Of a stretch of DNA of 64,000 nt, positions 55,515 to 64,000 are shown piece by piece. Location of the stretch: the NCBI GenBank assembly GCA_951406725.2, contig OX597816.1, positions 105,028,001 through 105,092,000 on the forward strand, in the 5' to 3' direction. Under the pieces are notes generated by a model that had not been told where the DNA came from, ran no database searches, and was given only the letters and a program-made list of their open reading frames with translations. Source of the DNA: Octopus vulgaris (lineage: Eukaryota). The position numbers were made by a program, and so were the translations under genes. Position 1 is the stretch's first letter. Each line of letters opens with the position of its first letter.

Positions 55515-58500
55515 GTGTGTGGAAGTGTGTCTTCACGTGTGCAACTATAAATGTAACAAAATATCTCATTTGAAAGTGCAGCAAATAGCAAAAACACGAA
55601 CATTCCTGCTTGCGATCAGAGATTAACGGAAGAAGTATTTCTACCTTCATCTCTACTTTTACCGCTAATGCTGCCTCCACTCACGCCATCTTTACTATCA
55701 ACACTACCATCAGTAGTACCGACAACTACACGAACAGCACCAACACCAACGCCGCTACCACCAACACCAGCAACCTCACCAGCAGCGACGCTTACTTCTA
55801 GGAGCATCAGATAATTTGTCAGCCTTAATGTTACACAGGATTTTTCTCATCTTTGTTAGTAGCCAAGAGGCGTCCTTTAATTAGACCTAATCTGTGTGAT
55901 AAAAAGACAAAATGTTTAAAAACAAAACAGAGATGCAAGATAAATAGAAAATGTCTTGAGGGATATTGCAAGGTCGACTTTACTGACATATCAGTTGGAT
56001 GAGACGTTCTTACACTTCGCAATTGCAGCTTGAAATGTCTTTTTCGGGATTTTTTTTCTTTAAATTCTGGAAGAACATGCGGAGAATTGAGAAATCCATG
56101 TTTTAACTGACAAACTGAAGGCCTAGTGATGAATAACACATGATATTACCAAGAATTTGGTACAAAGAAATTTAGTTTTCAGTAGCACAACAATGATAAT
56201 GATAATAACAATGCTATGAAGGAGGAGGAGGATCATTTCTGTATTGCCTTTAAGGACCTGTGACATGCAGGTAAACCACTTTATATGTAAAAAAAAAAAC
56301 GGTGATAAACAAACACGTTTGAGGTGTACATATAAAATTAAACAGATGAGAGGTTAAAATATAATTAGCTTGCTACTTTTGTAGACATCCGAATCCGAGT
56401 CCTTGCAGAGAATACCGTCATGCATACTTCCGACTAACTCGCTGAATAGTGCTAGTGTACTCAACTAGTAGACGAGTAGGAAAGGCTGTTAGCATTCCAG
56501 ATGCTAGTTGCCCAGTTTTGGTAGACGTTTGACGAGGACTACAATTCCAGCAGAGAGAAAAGCATTGGGAGAACATTCTTCATAAACAGCGATCACACCT
56601 GCTCACTGTCTACGAAGTTTTGCAGAGGTAGCAGCCTCTGCGCTTTTCTGGAAACATCTGTAAGGGATCGCACAGGTTTACGCGAGTTAGTTTAGGCTAT
56701 CACTATAATCATCAACTTCTTTGTGAATGTGTTGAATAAAACCTTTGACCTTGCGTTTGGCAGAGTTATGCGCTTAAAATTGTCTAAAACGTCTCGAGTA
56801 ATTTCATCGCTGCCGATTCACACAGCTGGGAATTCTCCAACCTCATAATGGTTGTGATAGATTTCTGCCAAGAGAATAGCAAATATATTAGACATGTAAC
56901 GATAAAACTCGTAGAGCAGATCCTCCATTCAGAGCGATTTCCACTCACTCAGTTATTCAATACCTTGCGGATCTCAAATGCCATTACCAGTTTGTTGCAC
57001 CTCTTAACTCTTTTGGCGAGATAAGATATGGAGCTTAGAATCGGTATTGCTTACATTTCATTTCCTTTATAGTTATTCCTCCTCTTTGACTGGTCCTACT
57101 ATCTCTTATACACTTCCTCTCTCACTGTCACTTTCTTATTTTCCCACATTTCACCCTCTTTTTTCTTTCTCTCTCTTTCTTTATCTCTCCTCTCTCCCTC
57201 TTCCTCTCCTCCTCTCTCTTCCTCTCCTCCTCTCTCTCCCTCTCTCTTGCTCTCTCTTATTCTTGTTCTTTTTCATTCTCTCATTTTTTCTGTCATTCTC
57301 TCTCCTTTTTCTTATTCGCTATATCTTTTTCATTATATCCCTCTGTCAATCTCTTTCTTTCCTCACTTCTATTATGTGACTCAATGTCCGCCAGTTTTTG
57401 GTTTCCACTACACTCTCATCCCTGCTCCTTCCTCCCTTCTTCCCCCTCTCTCTCTCTCTCCCTCTTTCTGTTTATTTGTCATACAATCTCAGTCTTTTTT
57501 CTGTCTATCTCACATTTTCTATCAATTCCCTTTTCTCTCACTCTCATTTCGCTCATTTTCTTTTCACCTTAGAAATATTTCCTCCCTCCTTTCGTCTTTC
57601 CATGATCATCTTATTTTCAACTTTTTCTTCTCCTTACTTTACACTTCATGCTTTAATCTATGTATATTTGTATCAATTTTCCAGTTACATAAGCCCTTTA
57701 TTGTTATTATTGATGCTCAATTCCAAGTCAGCTCTGATGAAGTGGATCGATGATTACAAGTACATTAAAAATGACCACCCTTTTTGTGTATCCATGATTA
57801 CATATCTCAACGTTTTCTTCCCTTTTTAAAATAATAGGGTGCGGTTTTCGAGATATTTCGTGTCTATTTCTACCAGACCTGGCAACTGCGTAGAGGCACC
57901 CTATTGGTTCGAATGTATTCTTTTCTAGAAGGGTAGCGTATGATTGAAAGAACATTTAGCATATATTTAAAAGGTTGTATAAAGGCTCCCTTATTTACAT
58001 TTTAAGTCAACTGTATACAAGAGCTGAGAAACATAGTATGAAGGAAATAAGCTTATGTGATGTGTGATAGAAAGTAATGACCTGAATCTGTGTCTATCAT
58101 TCAATTGAAATTACCAGCTATTTTCACTTAAATTCTTTGCAACATCTTTGAAAACGACAAGAATGCTATAACTGATTTCCTTTCTCTCCAGTAAACACGT
58201 TGTGATATGGTATCATCCTGGAAAAATACAAGAATTCTCTCTGGGGAATCCTCCTTCCAAGAGCTATTGAAAGTCGCAGTTAGCTATATAATACAGAAGT
58301 AGATGTGATTTTTTTTTTCTCGAGAAACAATATTTGTAAACAGAAAATAGCCAGACCAGAAAAAGAAGAAACAATGGAGAGGAGAAAAAGATAGAGATAG
58401 AGAATGAAAGGAAAAAAAGAGAAAGCTGTCTTTTGATTGGAGAAAGCTTACAAAAAAATGAATAGATAACATTCACACACACAAACACACACACATGTAT

Positions 58501-58536
58501 GTATGTATGTATGTATGCAATTGGAAACACAAAAAT

Positions 58537-58637
58537 GGAGGCATGTGGCCTAGTGGTTAGATCGTTCGGTTCGCAATCATAATGTCGTTGGTTCAATTCA
58601 TAGACCACTGAGCAAGGGTTTTCATTTCATGTTGCTA
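58537..58637 (+). mobile_element. tRNA-like SINE head of a third family
   Basis: A-box-like tggcctagtgg and B-box-like ggttcaattc, followed by ctgagcaag; no complete cloverleaf. Confidence 0.55.
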
Positions 58638-58934
58638 CCTGATAATGTGTACTAGCAGGTTGCTGGTGCATCTTTCTCTCCCTCGACATGTCACATCTTG
58701 GATTTGCCACTGAGTTCAGAGAGTCAAGAGAGTATCTGTATCTGTTCGCGACAACATAAGTAGCTAAAACAATGAGAGAAAGCATATCTGCACTCGGTCT
58801 GCTTGGGAGGTTGTTGTGTCCTAGCATATGTGCTGCTTCTTTTAGTTTTCGTATTTTCCATTGGTGTTCTCTGTCTATTATTTTAACTTCATCCCACAGA
58901 GAGAAGTGGTCTACATCTTTATATGTATTATATC

Positions 58935-59262
58935 TTTTGTTTCAGCTACTGAATCGCAGCCATGCTGGGGCTCATCCTTGCAGGGCTCAATCGAACAAAT
59001 CAACCCTACTTCTTATTTTACCGAGCCACTTATACGTAACAACATACATACACATATGTGTGAGTGTGCACGCGCATTTGTGTATGTGTGTATGTGACTG
59101 TCTGTATATATGGATGGATGTACGACGTTACCACACTCCAAATTCCTTCACAAGGCTTTGGTCGAAGGGGCGATAGTAGAAGATATTTTCCCACGGTGCT
59201 ATGCAGTAGAACTGAACCTAATACCACATGGTTGGGAAGCAATCTACTTAAACACACAGCTA
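58935..59262 (-). mobile_element. SINE family B, diverged
   Basis: Head at about 59260, tail at about 58940. Confidence 0.75.
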
Positions 59263-59304
59263 CTGCTCTAACTATACATGCGTGTGTGTGCGTTTGTGTG
59301 CATG

Positions 59305-59895
59305 CGTAGTCTGATCAATAAGTATCCGGACTGTCGCCATAGTAACGAGGCTAAAGCACGCAGAGTAAAGCTGCTTGGCACAGATTGACCTTGAATTCTG
59401 GTATGCATGTGCACTAAGTTTTAACGTTCTAGCTCACTTTCGCTGTTTAGTGCTTGGAAGGAAGATGTGTAACGTGTGGTCGATGCATTGGTCATGATAG
59501 AAAAATTTGAGTAGAGAAGCTGCATCAAATTTTGCCAAATGTTAGCGATGCCTGCTCAGAGGCCTACACAAAGTTTTTCAAAAAGTTTTCATTGTTCTCA
59601 ATGCAATCAAGGAGACCTTGCGCAACTGAAATCCGAATATCTTTTTGGTCAGCCCAAAGCAGTTTTCGCACAAACTTGGCAGACATGCGTCTCAAACCCA
59701 AAATTTCAGTGATAATGGACTGAACTGAACTGTAACTAATTTGTACATCCTCTGATAAATCCACTGATAAATGGTGATTCGACGATTTCTCCTCACAGCT
59801 GCACATACAACAACGATGCTTTTCTCAGTTCTGTTGTTGCGGATCTCCCAGAACGTTCGTCAATATCGACATTTTTCGGCCATCTTGGAAACGTC
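59305..59895. pseudogene. Mariner relic with internal inversion
   Basis: Plus strand TIR and CIKFC.....EAYTK to about 59573; minus strand RFQDGR...DERSGR...RRMSAKFVRKLL...NFLKN at 59895-59566. Confidence 0.8.
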
Positions 59896-60028
59896 ATACA
59901 CCCCTCTGCATACGGCTCATACACCCCTCTCCATACCTTTGTGTGCGGCTCATATACCCCTCTCCATTCCTTTTCTGCAACTTTGCGTAGGCCTCTATAT
60001 ATATATACAATCATACATACTTATATAC

Positions 60029-60078
<50 letters not shown>

Positions 60079-61435
60079 GCATACATACTCATATGCGTGT
60101 GTATGTTTGGTAAGCATGCATAAATAATATACACACGCCTTAATTTGTAAAAGACCTTAAGAAAATCTACTCTAAGTGCTCGATAAAATATTTTAAGATA
60201 ATTATAGTATGGAGCGATATCAGTATGTGCGCGTTTGAGTATGTGTGTTCCTATACAGACACGTGCACACACACTCATAAGCTGCAAAATTAGCACCAAA
60301 CTGTCACTCAGATTTCATCACAACTGTCCGAACGAGAACGTGAAAGACTGAATAAAGTATTTGTAATAATTTTGCATGTTTAATAAATGTGTAAATCATA
60401 ACAAAATTCTCGATATATTCGGCATTCACCTTCCTTGCCTTCCAATGTCAATCGCTTTATTCTTTTAGTTTATCACGATTTGTATCAGTAAAATAGCTAA
60501 TGTGATACAGTCATCAACTAATAACATAAAGAAAACCTTACAGAAAATTACTACTCACTTATGATTTATAACATATATATATACATACAAAAATATACTC
60601 ACACGCGAACAAAAACACACATACATACACACACATATGCATATGTGTGTGTTTGTGTGTATGTGTGTATGCTTGCTTTATTATATCTGACTGTGGATAA
60701 GAAATATTTCTATTTTATACTATATTGCTATAGGACCTCTAAATATTATTCATATCGAAATGATAAAGAGGATCGAAATGATAAAGAGGATCGAAATAAT
60801 AAAGAAGAGAGTAGCGGTGAATATCGTGGAGGCGATGGTGGTGAAGGTGGTGGTGGTGGTGATAGTAGCAGTGGTAATGGAGGCGATGGGTAAGGGTTTA
60901 TTAATGTTCGTACCCAAGGCACACAGAGATTCGTTATGTTGTGCAATGAGAGCGCGCAATAAAAATAAAACTACTGGAATAATAATAATAACGATTTCTT
61001 TAATACTTACTAGCTGCCAATAATAGTTGGTTCATCAGAATCCTTCCTGAAATATTCTGAGTATTTTCTTTCAAAATATCGTCAAATACAAATCATAATT
61101 TATAGTATATTGCATTTGCATTCTACATAGGATATATTCTAAATAGAATATAATTTATTGATAGAATTTATTAAATGAAACGTACACAAGAGTATTCTAT
61201 ATAGAAAGGCAAGACAAGAGTATCCCTTTGATAGATAAGTCAGCCTCACTGGATATCATCATATCGTGAAACGAATTGGGGGAATTATCCGAATATAAAG
61301 ACTTACAAATTGTAATATATCACACTGGACAATTTGAAATCTGAGATAATCTCTATTATATGAGAAGCAATATGGCTCGGATTTTATCGTATAAGGCTAC
61401 TTGCCTATGTGTTACACGTTCAAATATGATGTTGG

Positions 61436-61810
61436 CATCAAATTTTGGCACAAGGCCAACCGTTTCGAGGAAGGAGTTAAGTCAATTACATCGACACCAG
61501 TATACTTATGTTATCGAACCCAAAAGGATGAAAGCAAAGTCGACCTCGGTGGAATTTGAACTCAGAACCTAAAGATGGACGAAATGCCTATTTCTTTACT
61601 ACCCACAGGGGGCTAAACACAGAGATGACAAACAAGGACAGACAAACGGATTAAGTCGGTTTCATCGATCCCAATGTATCACTGGTACTTAATTTATCGA
61701 CCCCGAAAGGATGAAAGGCAAAATCGACCTCGGCGGAATTTGAACTCAGAACCTAAAGTTGGACGAAATGCCGCTAAGCATTTTGCCTGGTATGCTCACG
61801 CTTCTGCCAG
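61436..61810 (-). mobile_element. Nested SINE family A pair
   Basis: Young-tail copy joined at 61588/61589 to the body of an older-tail copy. Confidence 0.85.
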
Positions 61811-62061
61811 TGTTTGGTTAGAACATTTTATTCTGAAAAGTGCATTTGAATAAATGGAAAAAAAGTTTCTTGATTATTTAGCAAATGTATGGCAATGCAT
61901 TATTTGGAAAATGTATGGCGAAATCATAATAATAATAATAATTGTTTCTAAAGAGTAAAAGGTGTTCTATATGACACATTCTACCAGTATCCGAAATTTC
62001 AAAGTGTTTAGTTAAAGAAAATTAATTAATCGAGCTGCCCATGTAAAGGAAAATACCCCTG

Positions 62062-62435
62062 CTACTTATTGTATTGACTCTGAAAGGATGAAAAGCAAAG
62101 TCAACCTGGGTAGAATTTGAACTCAGATCGTAAAGACAGACGAAATGCCGGTAAGCATTTTGTCTGGTGCGCTAACGATTCTGCTAGCTCGCCGCCTTAC
62201 AATGATTTAATATTAATGATACTGGTTTCAAAGTTTGTCACAAGGCCAGCAGTTTCGGGGGAAGGGGTTACTCGATTACATCTACCCCAGTATTTCAACT
62301 GGTACTTATTTCATCGTCCTCGAAAGGATGAAAGGCAAAGTCGACCTCGGTGGAATTTAAACTCAGAACGTAGACAGACGAAATGCTGCTAAACATGTTC
62401 CTGGTGTGCAAACGTTTGTGCCAGCTCGCCGCCTT
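62062..62435 (-). mobile_element. Two adjacent SINE family A copies
   Basis: Cores near 62085 and 62325; flank acaat(g/a)at(t/a)taatattaatgata is duplicated. Confidence 0.85.
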
Positions 62436-62559
62436 ACAATAATATAATATTAATGATATTAATTACTAGAAGTCATTGGACCAGTTATAAAAATTACAAT
62501 GGTGATGCTAATAATTCTGTCGACAGTATACATGAATCAAATGAATTAAATATTGTAAA

Positions 62560-63490
62560 TATTGAAACTAATTCCAAATATATGAAATAATTGTATGATG
62601 GACTTATAAGCAAAGGTTACATTTCGGCACAGATCAATAGTAAATTGATTAAATTCAAATTAGATACTGGCAACACTAGAACTTTGATTGATTTAAAAAT
62701 CTTTAAAATTATTGGATCTCCATCATCAGAATCGGTATTGATAAAATTAAAGACTTATTGTAATAAAAATATTCCAATTAAAGGAAAGTGTCTATTAAAT
62801 ATTAAAATTGGAAATAAATAACAACAAAATTTAGAGATTATTATAATTGATTCCGTAATAGGTTCAAATATAATTGGATTGGGTCGGGTAAAAGCATTTA
62901 ATGTCACCGATATAAAGCGGTGAGCGAGTGGGATCGTAGCACATCGAGTAAAAATGCTAAGCGACATTTTCTCCGTCATTAGGTTGAGTTCAAATTCCGC
63001 CTCGGTCGAATTTGCCTTTTATCTGTTCAGGATCGATAAAATAAGTACCAATTGAGCATTGGGATCAATTTAATCGACTTACTCCCTCCCCTGAATTGCT
63101 GGTGTTGTGCCAAACTTTGAAACCAATATGTTAGCGATATTTTGCTCAAAAGTTATTAGCGATATAGTTAATGTTTATAATTCAAAGGATTTGACATGAA
63201 TGTTAAAAATCGACGATTTATGTTCTAAATATTCCGGGGCATTATCACTTGCCTTAAGGTGCAACACAAAAACACAGATCATAATTCTGCTACGCCCAGG
63301 TGGGAAACCGGTTTATCGGAAGACAAATCATTACTTTGTACAAAAGCTTAAATGGTAAAATTTTTTAAGATTTGGAATACAAAATTCTGAGCCGTGCATT
63401 AGAATTGATCCATTAGAGCGGTCGAGCTACGCCAGTTATCTCTGTTTGAAAACCAAAAGGCAAATTTCGCATCTACAATGATTCAAATCA
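62560..63490 (+). pseudogene. Ty3/Gypsy pol relic (aspartic protease and RT start)
   Basis: IKFKLDTG..TLI...KLKTY...IPIKG; downstream ATPVISV*KPKGKFRIYND; interrupted by a SINE. Confidence 0.8.
62915..63125 (+). mobile_element. SINE family A inserted in the Gypsy relic
   Basis: Head, core and older-type tail are recognisable. Confidence 0.8.
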
Positions 63491-63618
63491 GGCAGATGCA
63501 GCCTTTTTTGAGAGGTGGGCCGCATGAGACATGGGCCGTTCTGCTAAAAAATTCAAGGTAATGTTTCGTTAAGCGTGCCGTTCAGAAAGTCCCACGGGCC
63601 GTATGTTGCCTATTACTG
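63488..63618. mobile_element. Possible hAT-type MITE
   Basis: Right end (reverse complement cagtaataggcaacatacggcccgtggg) resembles hAT/Charlie termini; left end and TSD are poor. Confidence 0.4.
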
Positions 63619-63957
63619 GTTTAAAGTACCAACATGAAGCATTGAAGATTTCCACCAGGTGCTCAGGCACGAAGACTTTTCCATAAACCTGAGCATGAAA
63701 AAAGAAAGCGCCAGCGTAATCAATTTAAAGAAACATATATCTACAGCTTGAGTTAACAGAAGAATCACAAAAATTACTTGCGAGTAATATACATTTCGAT
63801 TTTTACAACTACAAGCGAGTGCCATACGGTATTTCCATCGCGTCTGTTATATTTCAATGGGTTGTGCGGGTATTTGGGCGCTTACGACAGATGAAAAGAA
63901 TTAAATAATTTAGAAATATACTTAACCATTTAAAAGATTATAGCTTAAAATATAATA

Positions 63958-64000
63958 AACAAGTACTAGGCTTACAAAGAATAAGTCCTGGTGTCGATTT
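63958..64000 (+). mobile_element. SINE family B 3' fragment (runs off the window)
   Basis: aagtactaggcttacaaagaataagtcctggtgtcgattt matches 8238-8275. Confidence 0.75.

Noticed and set aside
57047-57829. Hydrophobic membrane-protein-like ORFs
   Set aside because: CT-rich low-complexity DNA open in several frames at once.
60755-60890. 18-bp tandem repeat and Gly-rich ORF
   Set aside because: Simple-repeat drift with no splice or homology support.

Overview
AT-rich animal genomic DNA with dense (TA)n, (CA)n, (TATG)n and (GA)n microsatellites. The SINE families and repeat landscape look like an octopus/cephalopod genome (my inference, not database-checked). No intact protein-coding gene is supported; almost all ORFs in the track are microsatellite read-through. 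The window holds two abundant tRNA-derived SINE families, several Tc1/mariner relics, RTE and CR1 LINE fragments, a non-autonomous Helitron, a 1178-bp solo LTR with ATAT target duplication and a Gypsy pol relic. The main discovery is a set of small non-coding elements sitting in (TA)n arrays with partial-tandem plus inverted architecture and type I hammerhead ribozymes, i.e. retrozyme / Penelope-like (PLE) elements. One (18.06-18.65 kb, 360-nt period) has a compensatory U3:A8 core variant. Another (27.17-27.73 kb, 306-nt period) has a canonical CUGAUGA core and a long G-U-rich stem II extension. Decayed relatives lie near 4.6, 28-29, 52.6 and 54.7 kb. All folds were done by eye and need computational and biochemical confirmation.
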